From the IMG/VR virus record IMGVR_UViG_3300032516_000013, positions 26,333 to 90,332 of that record: a DNA stretch of 64,000 nucleotides; one strand, given 5' to 3'. Below are positions 1 to 9,868 of this stretch, in pieces; position 1 is the first letter of the stretch; each line of letters begins with the position of its first letter. The notes beneath the pieces are model-generated. The model ran no database searches. It worked only from the letters and a program-made list of their open reading frames with translations, and had not been told where the DNA came from. This DNA is from a virus. The position numbers and the translations under genes were made by a program.

Positions 1-867
1 ATCAAACTGAGCACCAAGCGACCACTTTGCTCTCAGCGGGAAGTCTATTGCCTCAACAGCACTTTGAGAAAGAGTAATGTTCATCTCTGGCACACCGTCT
101 CGATTCCCATTAGCATCAGTAGGAAGATCATATTGATAATCATAGGAAAGCAGAATCGTAGCAGCAGAACTTACTCCAACAGTTGTAAAGGAATAAACAC
201 CATCAGCAGCAATTGAACCAGAACCAGTAATACCAGCACCAGTAACAACTCCGTTAGCATTAGAAGTACCCAACGTAGCATATGTGCTGCCAGTCTTACT
301 CTCAACCTTCACGTTCTCCAGATTAATCAAACCAGGAGCCGTCGAAGTTGTACCACTCTTTACACCATTACCAGCACCAACATTCTCTCGCTCAACACGT
401 GCGATGGCGTACCGACGCTCAGACTGACCAGTGTGATGACCAGTCTTTGCACCAATCATGGTCTCGCCACTAGTTGCCTCACCCTTTGCTGTTCCATACA
501 ACACATCCAGATAGAACACAGCCGCAATTCTTCGGTCAATAGCCTGAACAATCGCAACCTCATTCAACACCAGTGAAGGCAGCAAAGCTGAAATCACAGG
601 CAGCTGAATACCTAAGAAGGAAATACTGTCTTCGGTCGTAGCTTCAAACAAATGAGAGTTCTGCTTACAACCAGCTTCCAAAATAGCATTGTAAAGACAT
701 TGAGCAACATTCCGCTTCTCATACATCGTGATGGGACGACCTTGGGTCTTCTCAACCCACTTACTTACTGAACGAACGAAGGGCCGAATCTTAGGATGAT
801 TCATCAGAGCGTCCCTTTGCTCCTGCACCTTCTTCATTTCGTTCTGAATAACCTCGTTCATGTTCAT
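1..867 (-). CDS. Major capsid protein, T4 gp23-like (5' part; runs off the window start)
   Basis: Not in the ORF track. My translation from ATG at 867 gives MNMNEVIQNE...SHLFEATTEDSISFLGIQLPVISALLPSLVLNEVAIVQAIDRRIAAVFYLDVLYG, matching the gp23 pattern (propeptide ending LxE, then P..V.R..P.L....I..VQ....FY). It has a GGAGA RBS and follows the prohead protease. Confidence 0.9.
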   Translation of the reverse strand, partial: MNMNEVIQNEMKKVQEQRDALMNHPKIRPFVRSVSKWVEKTQGRPITMYEKRNVAQCLYNAILEAGCKQNSHLFEATTEDSISFLGIQLPVISALLPSLVLNEVAIVQAIDRRIAAVFYLDVLYGTAKGEATSGETMIGAKTGHHTGQSERRYAIARVERENVGAGNGVKSGTTSTAPGLINLENVKVESKTGSTYATLGTSNANGVVTGAGITGSGSIAADGVYSFTTVGVSSAATILLSYDYQYDLPTDANGNRDGVPEMNITLSQSAVEAIDFPLRAKWSLGAQFD

Positions 868-897
868 AAAAATAATCTCCTTATTTTCACAATAAAC

Positions 898-3636
898 CTA
901 ACCACCAAATCGTTTAAACATTCGACCCACAGCTTCATCGGCATCATTCTGCTCTGAGTCCACAGTTGCCTCCTGGATTTGTACTTTGGTTAGCGGCTTA
1001 GAATGAAGTGCACTCCTTCTCGCAATCCCTACAAGTCTTTCCATTAGGCTATCCACTTCTTGCAAATCTTGAATTTTCTCGAGAAGTGCCCGAGTGTTTT
1101 CATCTGTTTGCAATCTATGTTCATTAAGTTTAATTTCAAAATATTCTTTTACTAATTGTTTACGTCCTTCTTGAATAGCATCGTTTGCTATTTTTGTTAA
1201 CTCTTCTTGATGAGCAGCATGAAGAACGTCTAATTTCTTTTGGTTGGATAAAGATTCTTCCAACTTCTGATTTACATCATTTACTTCCTTTGCTTTCTTT
1301 TCTAACAAAGAACGGACTCCTTTTAGTTCGGCTTCCGCTTGGGTTAACTTTAGAAGTGCCTCAGTTAGCTTTGATTGTAAGATCTTAGAAACAATAGAAA
1401 CATCTCCCGCTTTATCCAAATGCTCCAGAGAGACTTCAAGTTCTGCTTTAGAAGTTGCTTCAGAAACTTTAAGATCAATTAACTCATCAGAAAGTTTTTT
1501 GACTGGATTTTTAGATTCCTTTTTAATAGGTTCAGGTTCTGTAGCTTTATCCCACAAATCATTTAATTGACGCAATTTTTCAATATCTGTTAAATCGCTA
1601 TCAATTATTCTTTTTCTTTCAGCATTAAGTTCAGTCACAGTCCATTGTTTTTGTTTTTCATTAACCTTAGTCTCTGTCAAATCCTTAAACTCAATATCCC
1701 AACTTCCTGCGTATTGCTTGCCTTGAGTAACAGCTGCTTCCTTTTCATCTAAACCATATTTAGTTAAAATACGTTCTGGACCTTTCCCTTTAAGAACAAC
1801 AACATAACCATCATCGTGTTCCTGAACTACAACAACTACTCCTTTTTGTTTGAGGAAGTTTCGTTCATTAGTTTTGGATTCGTTTGCTGGTCTTCCATAT
1901 CCACATACTGGACAGTATTGCTCCTTCTTGTCCTGATCCATTATTAATTCTTCACCACATTTTGGACAAACGTCCTCTGCTGGAACTAAATTCTCATTTA
2001 CTTTAGATTCCTTTTTAGCAGATCCTGAAGCAACTTTATCCAAAATAACATCTTCACCTGTCTTTTTATCAATATAACGCTCGCCATCTCTCTTTACTTC
2101 ATGCTCTGGAATTCCGGTACGGCTTCCAGAAACAATTTTGTAAACATTTATAGCTTCCGTTTCCTTCATTTGAGATTCTCCAACCATTGCCAACATAGCT
2201 TGCTTCGAAGCTTCCTCAAAGGAACCATATTTTCCTAAATGATCTCCTTTATGATAAAGATTAAAGGATTTACTTCCCTTTAAATTATCGTGAGAAACTA
2301 TAACCCAATCAAGATCAGTTGACAATTCCCAAAATGATTTTTCAGAATCACTTTTTCCTATAGATTTTTTCCAAGTTTCTTTTAATTCTGATTCAGAAAC
2401 CTTTTCCAAACCCAGCCCATCAACATTTCCCCAATCAACAGTTTTTACGTTTGCTTCTCCCACATCAGTTTGACCTTCTCCACTAATAGGTTCTAAATGA
2501 AGACTCAATGAATCAGAATCAGAAACCGTCCAAAGCTTTCCATCTTTATCTTTTAACAAATTTCCTTTTTGGAATCCATGATCTTCTGTAATTTTTGATT
2601 CTTTAACTTCAGCATATGCTTCTTTTGCTTGAGGAAGAAGAATATACTTCAAATAAACTGCTTCTATTTCCCCAAGATCTAAACCTTCAGGATCTTCGAC
2701 TCCCACATCTTCTAAGGATTCAAACTTACTAAGTTGATCAATCATATCTCCGTTTTCTGGGAATTCATTAGGAATAGTCTTATTTGTTATTGCCCAATTA
2801 AGGATCTTCTGATCTTCTGGATTTATGCCTGGAATTTCTCCTATTAATTCTTGAACAGATTCTTTTACATTTTTAGATTCTTCAAGTTTAGCAATTTTCC
2901 TTTGATGTTGTTCAGGAACACCTAATTCCATCTCACTCACTAAATTCCGAACTTTGCACTTCCCAGTACCACATCTACATTCTTTGCATTGAACAGATTC
3001 CAAAATCCTAGAAGCAAATTTCTTTTCAACAAGATTCATCTTGCCTTCTTTAACCAACGCAGAAACTGTTTCTACAACATTTCTTTCGATTTTTTGAGGC
3101 TCAACTCCGTCAGTAGAAGGATCTGCGGTAAAGTCGGTAGTCACAAAGTGATAAGTATCAGACACTACTTTTTGACATTTCTTCTTTTTACCATCAGCTT
3201 CATCTATTTCAAATTCCTCAAGATCTCCTTCAGCACGAGTTGAAACTCCCACTTTACAACCTGCCCGCAATAAAGTTTCCAAAATACGACCGGTAGGGGT
3301 ATCTAAAATCTCCATTTTCTGATAAACTTTGTTATCACTTTCATCAATCCACATCTTTGTTATAATATGTGAAGTTAGTTGAAGATCGCTTTGTGTTTCT
3401 GCTGGATGTTCCCCCTGTCCAAAAAGTGTCCTATCCGCTATTTTCTGCTGAATATTTTCGTCTGCTAAAACCTTCTCCCAAACATCAGATTCATAAATTC
3501 TGTTGTTTGCATTCACCTTTCCTATATTACAAATATTGTATGTTACGCAAGAAAGAACACCTTCAGGGAGTTTAACTTTTGTAACATCTTCAATTATAGG
3601 AGCAGAAGTAATAGTCTCATTGAGTTTCATTTCCAA
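898..3636 (-). CDS. Prohead protease (T4 gp21-like) fused to central modules and a C-terminal coiled-coil scaffold region
   Basis: N-terminal N-x-N-x-R-I-Y, G-x-x-x-H-P, SH, LDTPTG..L..L, GVSTR(A)EG and DFTADPS motifs of the gp21 family. The C-terminal ~200 aa is heptad-rich. Lies directly upstream of the capsid gene. Confidence 0.9.
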   Translation of the reverse strand: MEMKLNETITSAPIIEDVTKVKLPEGVLSCVTYNICNIGKVNANNRIYESDVWEKVLADENIQQKIADRTLFGQGEHPAETQSDLQLTSHIITKMWIDESDNKVYQKMEILDTPTGRILETLLRAGCKVGVSTRAEGDLEEFEIDEADGKKKKCQKVVSDTYHFVTTDFTADPSTDGVEPQKIERNVVETVSALVKEGKMNLVEKKFASRILESVQCKECRCGTGKCKVRNLVSEMELGVPEQHQRKIAKLEESKNVKESVQELIGEIPGINPEDQKILNWAITNKTIPNEFPENGDMIDQLSKFESLEDVGVEDPEGLDLGEIEAVYLKYILLPQAKEAYAEVKESKITEDHGFQKGNLLKDKDGKLWTVSDSDSLSLHLEPISGEGQTDVGEANVKTVDWGNVDGLGLEKVSESELKETWKKSIGKSDSEKSFWELSTDLDWVIVSHDNLKGSKSFNLYHKGDHLGKYGSFEEASKQAMLAMVGESQMKETEAINVYKIVSGSRTGIPEHEVKRDGERYIDKKTGEDVILDKVASGSAKKESKVNENLVPAEDVCPKCGEELIMDQDKKEQYCPVCGYGRPANESKTNERNFLKQKGVVVVVQEHDDGYVVVLKGKGPERILTKYGLDEKEAAVTQGKQYAGSWDIEFKDLTETKVNEKQKQWTVTELNAERKRIIDSDLTDIEKLRQLNDLWDKATEPEPIKKESKNPVKKLSDELIDLKVSEATSKAELEVSLEHLDKAGDVSIVSKILQSKLTEALLKLTQAEAELKGVRSLLEKKAKEVNDVNQKLEESLSNQKKLDVLHAAHQEELTKIANDAIQEGRKQLVKEYFEIKLNEHRLQTDENTRALLEKIQDLQEVDSLMERLVGIARRSALHSKPLTKVQIQEATVDSEQNDADEAVGRMFKRFGG

Positions 3637-3664
3637 TCCTCAACTAAGTTTAATCATATTTCTC

Positions 3665-6600
3665 TTAAAGTTTGTAAACTTGATACAAATCATCTCCATA
3701 CCAAGCTTGCTCTGCTTCAGAAGCCTTACCTGTTATCTCAACACCCTTCTCTTTGTTAATTGATCTTACAGTTGCTTCCTCAACAATAACCTTCAAATCT
3801 CTCTTTAGAACTATCTGAACTACGTCACCTTCCTTGATCTCTTCATCCTCTGTAACTTCACTAGATAAACCAAGAATTCTCTCTGCCATTGCAACCGCTT
3901 TTCTACCACCAAAAGCATCATCTTTTTTATCAGGCTTCACAAATTTACCTTCTAACAAACCATTATCCTTTGCATATTGATAAGCAGACTTATGCCAATC
4001 CTTTGCATCTAAGAAACCATCCTCCACTGCTTCCCAAACATCCTCATCATTCCATTCTTTAATAGTCTCGTTGGCTTTCTTATTGATAAGTTCAATATGA
4101 GCTCTATCTCGTTCAAACCAAGTATCAATCTCAGTGTCTTCAATAGTTATTTCTTCAAGAATTTTCTGAGATTCTTTTGCAGATTCCTTTTTTGCTTCTT
4201 GACATACTCCTCCAGACACTTTCTTAGCACTTAAAACTTTGACGCCCGGCTTTTTAGAAAGCATTCTCTTTGCTTCTTCTTCATCCAAAGCTTCTACTCT
4301 TGTATGTGTTTTCTTTCCATCCTTTTCGTATTCTACTTCATAGACTTCTTTAGTAAAGCCTACATCTTCACCACGAGCTTCGTTGGTTTTAGATTCAACA
4401 ATAAAAGTTTCCTCTCCCCTATCTTTTAATTTTTTATCATATTTTAACATCAAATTCTTTAACTCATTTTCCGGAACTTCATCTGCTGTTCGACAATGAT
4501 GTTTCTTCAACAAAGATTTCACTTCAGCATTCCATCCTTTGGAAAACTCTTCATCTTCAGAAAGAGTTTCATCCATATCTGGAAATATCTGATATATATT
4601 TTGTTCATGTTTCTCATTTGTTTTAGATTCAAATGGTAGTTTCTCCTCACCAGCAGCAACTTCTACTTCCTCTTCCTCCGGCTTCACTGCTTGTTCAGCA
4701 GCTTCCTCTTCTGGAGTTTCCATTTCCTCATGACCAAGTTCTCCTTCAGAAGGAACAGCTAATTCCTCTGGAGTAAGTGAAGCAGTTATAGGAGGTTCGG
4801 GTGGAGCAGGTATAACCGTTACAACACCATCATTACCAATATTAACTGCAGTATTACCATTTATGTTTACACTAACAGAAGCACCAGCTTCATCACCAAC
4901 TGTTAAAGAAATATTTGCTTCAGTAATCTTTGTAATTACAGCCGTCTTATCTTTATATTTAACTACTGTACCTTCTTGAAGCTTGCCTTCCTTTACAGCA
5001 TTCTTGATTATAAGTTTGGATTCCTTAGTAATGCATTCTGCATAATCTTTACCAGATTTCTTAAGAACACTCTTACAAATATTTGCAACATCTTCAAGTT
5101 CAACGCCTTCTTCTCCTGCCCAAACTTGAAGAACTAATCTACAAATATTTTCTAAAGTTGGTTCCTTACCACCTAAAAGATCCTCATTCATTTTAGATTC
5201 CTCAACTTTACCAGAACCAATTAGTTCAGCATATTCTCCATCATCCAAATGCTTAAGAGTTTCTAAAGCAAGTTCCTGCACACCTTCATTAGTCAATTTA
5301 CCAGAATCATCACTTCCAAACAACTTAGCAAAATCCGGTTGGAAATGAAAATCTCGCTTATTGATTTGGAGAGTTACTTCTTTATCGCTTCCCTCATCCA
5401 TAATCTGGACGCTAAAGGAATTACCTTTATCGTCCTTGACTTGAGTTGTTTCTGAAAGTGTATCTTCTTTTACTTCTTTTTCTTTCTTCATTTTCTTAGA
5501 TCCACATTTTTCAGATGTTTCTACGTCTTTTATATCTTCATCCTTTTCAACTCCACCACACTTCTCAAACGGCCAATGAGCCTTCTTACATTTAAAACAC
5601 GTAGGTGCTGTTTTTTCATCTACAGATTCCTTCTCTTCTGTATCCTTTTCATCTTTGGCTTTTGCATCACGATTCATTTTCTTGGACGCTTTAGCAGCGT
5701 CTGCGGCGTCATCTGCAACGTCTTCTAATGCTCTAGCAGCTTCTTCATAGTCCTTTACTTTCAATGCGTTAGAAGCGGCCCTAACTGCTGTTTTTAAGGA
5801 TCTCATATAATCAATACCCATTTTGGCTTCATTGGTTTGTATTTTTGATTCCCCAAAATATCCTTTAGCTTTTTCTCTGCTAGAAACATGGACAAGAACT
5901 CCTGCACCTTTATTTTCTGGATCTGGAATTGCTTCAATTCCTTCTTTTTTCAGATCAGCAAGAATTTCTTTTCTTCTATCTGGGTCCCAAACGGTATATG
6001 GAACCCATTCTCTGTCTTTATATATTACAGTATCTTTCTTCTCTTTCATTTTAGATTCCTCAACTTCTACATCCGCTTTTTCCAATTCAACTTTAAGAAT
6101 CTCTCCACTTCTCCACTTAGCCTGGAATCGACGTCTTGCTTCATTTTCATCTCTTCCATAATATCCAGCGACATGTTTTTGACCTTTGCCTTTGTTACTT
6201 TCTTCTCGTTTATTTCTCCAAGTAATGGTATACATATTGGTCTTATATTCTTGAACCTTCTTTGATTCTAAAGGTTTTTCTTTCTTAGATTTTTCTTCTC
6301 CAGGAACTTCTTCCTTAGAAACATCTTCTGGTTCTTCCAAACCCAATTCTTCTTCTGTATCTTCTTCCTCTTCAGCTTCTATTTCTTCTTTAGCCGGAGG
6401 CACAAGATATTGTAAAACCACGCTACGCTCAATCTGAGCAATATCAATTTCATCAATAGCTGCTAAAATAAACTGAGCAACATTTGTAGTATCTATTTCA
6501 TGCTCTTTAGCTGAATAAACTTTATTGCCTTCTTGATCATCTATTTTAAGATCTTCGATTTCACCTTGATCATTTTTGTCAACAACTACATAATAATGCA

Positions 6601-7186
6601 TATCGTCTTTACGACCTAAATAAAGCTTGTCGAAATCAGGTGTAGCTGCTTCTTCTGGTACTTCAGGAACATCTAAATCCTCTTCCTCTGGAGGAAGTTC
6701 ATCATCTCCTATAGGATTTTCAGGAGGAATATCATCACCAATCTCATTAATTTTATTCTCGTATTTCATAAGATTAGAATGTTTCTGAAGACAAGATTCA
6801 ACTTCTTTAAGACGGTTGGTTAATAATTCAAGAGCATCTGGTTCCCATTCTCTAGAAGAAATGCCCTTCTCTATACTAGATTTTAGATTTCTTAATCCTT
6901 CTACAAACATGTGTTCAGGATTTGCTGTACCAACCAAAAATTTGGCAGCTTCAATATCTCCGGCTCTCTCGATTAGTTTGGATTCTTTTGTTTCCTTCCC
7001 AGTGTCAACATCAATATCAACACCATTACATTTTGGGCATCTCATTTCAGTACTAGGATTCTTCCTATTAAATCTATAACCACATTCCTGACATTGCCAG
7101 TCTTTCATATCTTCCTGAAGTTTAGAATCTTCTTCCGACAGAAGCTGATCCTTATTCTCAATCATTTCCCGCATTATATCTTCCAT
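3665..7186 (-). CDS. Large acidic prohead core/internal head protein (putative polyprotein)
   Basis: 1173 aa, very E/K-rich, with two Cys/His Zn-ribbon-like modules and about 12 ESK-x-x-E-like motifs; next to the protease gene. Confidence 0.6.
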   Translation of the reverse strand: MEDIMREMIENKDQLLSEEDSKLQEDMKDWQCQECGYRFNRKNPSTEMRCPKCNGVDIDVDTGKETKESKLIERAGDIEAAKFLVGTANPEHMFVEGLRNLKSSIEKGISSREWEPDALELLTNRLKEVESCLQKHSNLMKYENKINEIGDDIPPENPIGDDELPPEEEDLDVPEVPEEAATPDFDKLYLGRKDDMHYYVVVDKNDQGEIEDLKIDDQEGNKVYSAKEHEIDTTNVAQFILAAIDEIDIAQIERSVVLQYLVPPAKEEIEAEEEEDTEEELGLEEPEDVSKEEVPGEEKSKKEKPLESKKVQEYKTNMYTITWRNKREESNKGKGQKHVAGYYGRDENEARRRFQAKWRSGEILKVELEKADVEVEESKMKEKKDTVIYKDREWVPYTVWDPDRRKEILADLKKEGIEAIPDPENKGAGVLVHVSSREKAKGYFGESKIQTNEAKMGIDYMRSLKTAVRAASNALKVKDYEEAARALEDVADDAADAAKASKKMNRDAKAKDEKDTEEKESVDEKTAPTCFKCKKAHWPFEKCGGVEKDEDIKDVETSEKCGSKKMKKEKEVKEDTLSETTQVKDDKGNSFSVQIMDEGSDKEVTLQINKRDFHFQPDFAKLFGSDDSGKLTNEGVQELALETLKHLDDGEYAELIGSGKVEESKMNEDLLGGKEPTLENICRLVLQVWAGEEGVELEDVANICKSVLKKSGKDYAECITKESKLIIKNAVKEGKLQEGTVVKYKDKTAVITKITEANISLTVGDEAGASVSVNINGNTAVNIGNDGVVTVIPAPPEPPITASLTPEELAVPSEGELGHEEMETPEEEAAEQAVKPEEEEVEVAAGEEKLPFESKTNEKHEQNIYQIFPDMDETLSEDEEFSKGWNAEVKSLLKKHHCRTADEVPENELKNLMLKYDKKLKDRGEETFIVESKTNEARGEDVGFTKEVYEVEYEKDGKKTHTRVEALDEEEAKRMLSKKPGVKVLSAKKVSGGVCQEAKKESAKESQKILEEITIEDTEIDTWFERDRAHIELINKKANETIKEWNDEDVWEAVEDGFLDAKDWHKSAYQYAKDNGLLEGKFVKPDKKDDAFGGRKAVAMAERILGLSSEVTEDEEIKEGDVVQIVLKRDLKVIVEEATVRSINKEKGVEITGKASEAEQAWYGDDLYQVYKL

Positions 7187-7194
7187 GTATTCTC

Positions 7195-7518
7195 CTAGAA
7201 TCCAAAAATATCCCCTACTACGGTCTCATATGAATTTTCCACATCATCGGTATTAGCTGGATTACTTCCAGCCTGATGATAAATAGCAACTTCGTGAGTG
7301 GCGGCAGGAAAACCAGCTGGAATTAAAACAGGAAATTGACCAGTCGTTCCCTTTTCTACTAATATAATAACCGAATCAGCCCAAGTGGTTGAATGGGAAA
7401 ATGCTAATGCAACATTATCCCAAACCATTCCATCTCCTCGACGGATTATTCTATAATAGTAAGTGTTGCCTGTATGTCCCAAAGCATCCATAAAAATGCG
7501 ATCAATATAAATATCCAT
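7195..7518 (-). CDS. Small beta-sandwich-like virion protein
   Basis: LVEKGTTGQF motif resembles neighbouring paralogues; head-module location. Confidence 0.45.
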   Translation of the reverse strand: MDIYIDRIFMDALGHTGNTYYYRIIRRGDGMVWDNVALAFSHSTTWADSVIILVEKGTTGQFPVLIPAGFPAATHEVAIYHQAGSNPANTDDVENSYETVVGDIFGF

Positions 7519-7537
7519 GTTAATCCCCCTTGATTAT

Positions 7538-8026
7538 TTATTTCTTCCCTAATTTTGCTTCTCTCATCTTTGCTTTAGTCTCTTCCGACCTAGGTTTTCT
7601 CAATTTCTGCTTGTGCTCTTCCGACTTAGGCTTCCCTAAATGAGATTCTCGTATTTTTTCAATAGTTTCCGCAGACATAGGGCCACGTTTCTTCCCTAAA
7701 TGAGATTCTCGTAATTTTTCAATAGTCTCATCAGAACATATCTTTCCCCCCTGTCCACCAGAATTAAGATTATATCCATTAGGCCATTGAGTGTTTAATT
7801 CAACAATATATGCTTGTTCAAGTTCGTACGCTTCTTCATAGCTGTCGGCTGCGTCGAGAATATCAAAATCAAAATCATGCTTTCTTAACTTGTTTCCAAT
7901 AAGAGAATTATTTTTTATGTGTTCATAAAATCTCTTCTCCGGATCTTTAGAAACACCAATGTAAGAAAATCCTTTTTCTAAATGGTTCTCATCAATATTA
8001 GTATAGATATAGATGTAGATCTTCAT
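7538..8026 (-). CDS. GIY-YIG homing endonuclease with NUMOD3 repeats
   Basis: IYIY...YIG..K....R...H, LE...I, GYN....GG, then repeated SxETIEKxRESHLG. Confidence 0.85.
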   Translation of the reverse strand: MKIYIYIYTNIDENHLEKGFSYIGVSKDPEKRFYEHIKNNSLIGNKLRKHDFDFDILDAADSYEEAYELEQAYIVELNTQWPNGYNLNSGGQGGKICSDETIEKLRESHLGKKRGPMSAETIEKIRESHLGKPKSEEHKQKLRKPRSEETKAKMREAKLGKK

Positions 8027-8232
8027 TTCTCTCTACGTTTTGCTCCATACTGTCGGAACAGTATCAGGATTATTCCGCCACATAATGATAAGAATGCTGT
8101 GAACAAGGCCAGAGTATAAATTGTGTGATGGTGAAGATGATTTGTCATCATGGTTTGGAACATATCTATTTTTGTAATAATTTGTATTAATAAATCATGA
8201 TCAGTTTCAATAAGAGATAAGATGTTAAACAT
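8023..8232 (-). CDS. Small single-TM membrane protein (holin-like)
   Basis: NHLHHH followed by a hydrophobic helix and a basic C-terminus. Confidence 0.45.
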   Translation of the reverse strand: MFNILSLIETDHDLLIQIITKIDMFQTMMTNHLHHHTIYTLALFTAFLSLCGGIILILFRQYGAKRREK

Positions 8233-8234
8233 GT

Positions 8235-8483
8235 TTAATCCCCAGATTCTTTCAATTGTTTAATCAATTCTTCCTTCTCTCGACGATTCGCTTCCGTATC
8301 AAAAAGTAAGTAGCGGACATTGACACGAATAACTGCTAGTGTGTCCATTAAGGTTTTAAAAGAAACATCCGGAGGACTATCTGTAAAATTAACATTTTTA
8401 TTTACAATAGTGATTATCTCAGCTGCTTCTTTTTCTGCCTCTTGCAACTTATTTCGCTCTTCTTGATTCATGGTAAAACTCAC
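8235..8483 (-). CDS. Hypothetical coiled-coil protein
   Basis: 82-aa ORF packed in the operon. Confidence 0.55.
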   Translation of the reverse strand: MSFTMNQEERNKLQEAEKEAAEIITIVNKNVNFTDSPPDVSFKTLMDTLAVIRVNVRYLLFDTEANRREKEELIKQLKESGD

Positions 8484-8508
8484 ACAATCAATAAATTCTC
8501 ATTTACAA

Positions 8509-8817
8509 TTATCCATTCAACAAATTTCCTGAACGTCTTTTAACTTCGGATGGAATTCTTTTGGTATTATAAGCTTGAACTGCTGTCTCCACATCATTCT
8601 CAGAAAACACAGCTATCCATATCCCTTCCATATAGAAATTAATCTCAGTGAAATAAATCCTTCCTACTTCTGAAACTTTTTCAAATGTTGGAAGATTCAC
8701 AACCTCTGAATTAGGATAATTGGGATCTAGAATCTTTGCTGTTATTATTAAATCATCAGTATCTTTCACTGCCTTATAATAGATTCTTTGAATCCCCGGA
8801 GGATATAATTCAGCCAC
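8509..8817 (-). CDS. Small beta-sandwich-like virion protein
   Basis: E.VSEVGRIY...F..EGIW pattern shared with neighbours. Confidence 0.5.
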   Translation of the reverse strand: MAELYPPGIQRIYYKAVKDTDDLIITAKILDPNYPNSEVVNLPTFEKVSEVGRIYFTEINFYMEGIWIAVFSENDVETAVQAYNTKRIPSEVKRRSGNLLNG

Positions 8818-8858
8818 ATTATTTTACCTCTTAACTCTTAAGATTAACCAAATAATTT

Positions 8859-9545
8859 CTAGAAGGCCATTGCCGGAGTATCAAGTCCACCCACAGCAAT
8901 AGCTATATTATCAACTGCAGTCTGTACATTACCAACAGCAACAGCAGTAGCAAGACCAGCAGCAGTTATTGCTGCAGCAGCGGCTGACTGAACTTGAACC
9001 TCACTAAGATTATTAAGAGCATTAATTAAATTAGCTAAAGCGGTTTGTGTGTCAGTTACATTGGTAGCAGTAGCTAAATTAGCAGCAGTGATTGCTGCAG
9101 CGGCAGCGGTCTGAACACCCCCAGCATCAATGTTATTAAGGGCGGCAATAGCATCTGTAATTGCACCTTGAGCTGTGGTAACATCGCCACTTGTAGCAAC
9201 ATCACCAAGAGCAGTAAGAGAAGATTGTACAGCCTCTACTGCTACACCAATATCGTTTAGATTATAATTACCTACGGAGTAAGCTTTGATGACCTGACCT
9301 TCTTTACTAAGAGCACCAGCCTTGTGTATAATAACCTGCCAAGTTCCAACAGCATTAGGAGTAAAACTACCGCGATATGTACCTGTGTCTGCTACCTCAA
9401 CCAATTCAACATTAGGAAAAAATGAATTCTTTGTCTTGTTGGGTAAATAAATCTCAGCCACAACTTCAAGTAAACCTGTTGCCGCATTTGGTGCCTGATA
9501 ACCAATTTCGATCGCTTCATTTATTTTAAATAATTTGTCTGCCAT
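8859..9545 (-). CDS. Virion protein with an Ig-like N-terminal domain and an Ala-rich helical repeat (head fibre/decoration-like)
   Basis: ELVEVADTGTYRGSFTP..VGTW, followed by repeated ALNN...VQ.AAAAAITAA.LATA. Confidence 0.55.
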   Translation of the reverse strand: MADKLFKINEAIEIGYQAPNAATGLLEVVAEIYLPNKTKNSFFPNVELVEVADTGTYRGSFTPNAVGTWQVIIHKAGALSKEGQVIKAYSVGNYNLNDIGVAVEAVQSSLTALGDVATSGDVTTAQGAITDAIAALNNIDAGGVQTAAAAAITAANLATATNVTDTQTALANLINALNNLSEVQVQSAAAAAITAAGLATAVAVGNVQTAVDNIAIAVGGLDTPAMAF

Positions 9546-9561
9546 TTTCTGTTTCCTTTCT

Positions 9562-9867
9562 TTAAGCTACCATAGGAAGAGTTGTTAATAAACTTTCAAT
9601 ACTTTTTTCAACTTCATACTGTTTTATTACTGAACTAGTTCCATCTGACTTATTAACATGCACTGTCCAAGTTCCAAGAGCATCAGGAGTAAAACTTCCT
9701 TGATATATTGAACATCCAGACAAGGGAATTTCTGTCATTGTAACATCAGGGAAATTTACTAAATCCTTAAATCCTGTTTCATCAATAATCTCCATTTTGA
9801 TTACTAGACCTGCTTCTCCACCAGCAGGCTGATACTCAACTCGAACAGATTGATTTAAATGAGCCAT
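9562..9867 (-). CDS. Small beta-sandwich-like virion protein, paralogue of the 8859..9545 N-terminus
   Basis: FPDV.M.E....YQGSFTPDALGTW. Confidence 0.55.
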   Translation of the reverse strand: MAHLNQSVRVEYQPAGGEAGLVIKMEIIDETGFKDLVNFPDVTMTEIPLSGCSIYQGSFTPDALGTWTVHVNKSDGTSSVIKQYEVEKSIESLLTTLPMVA

Positions 9868-9868
9868 C

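Noticed and set aside
7631-7725. Direct DNA repeat inside the GIY-YIG gene
   Set aside because: Explained by tandem NUMOD3 protein motifs
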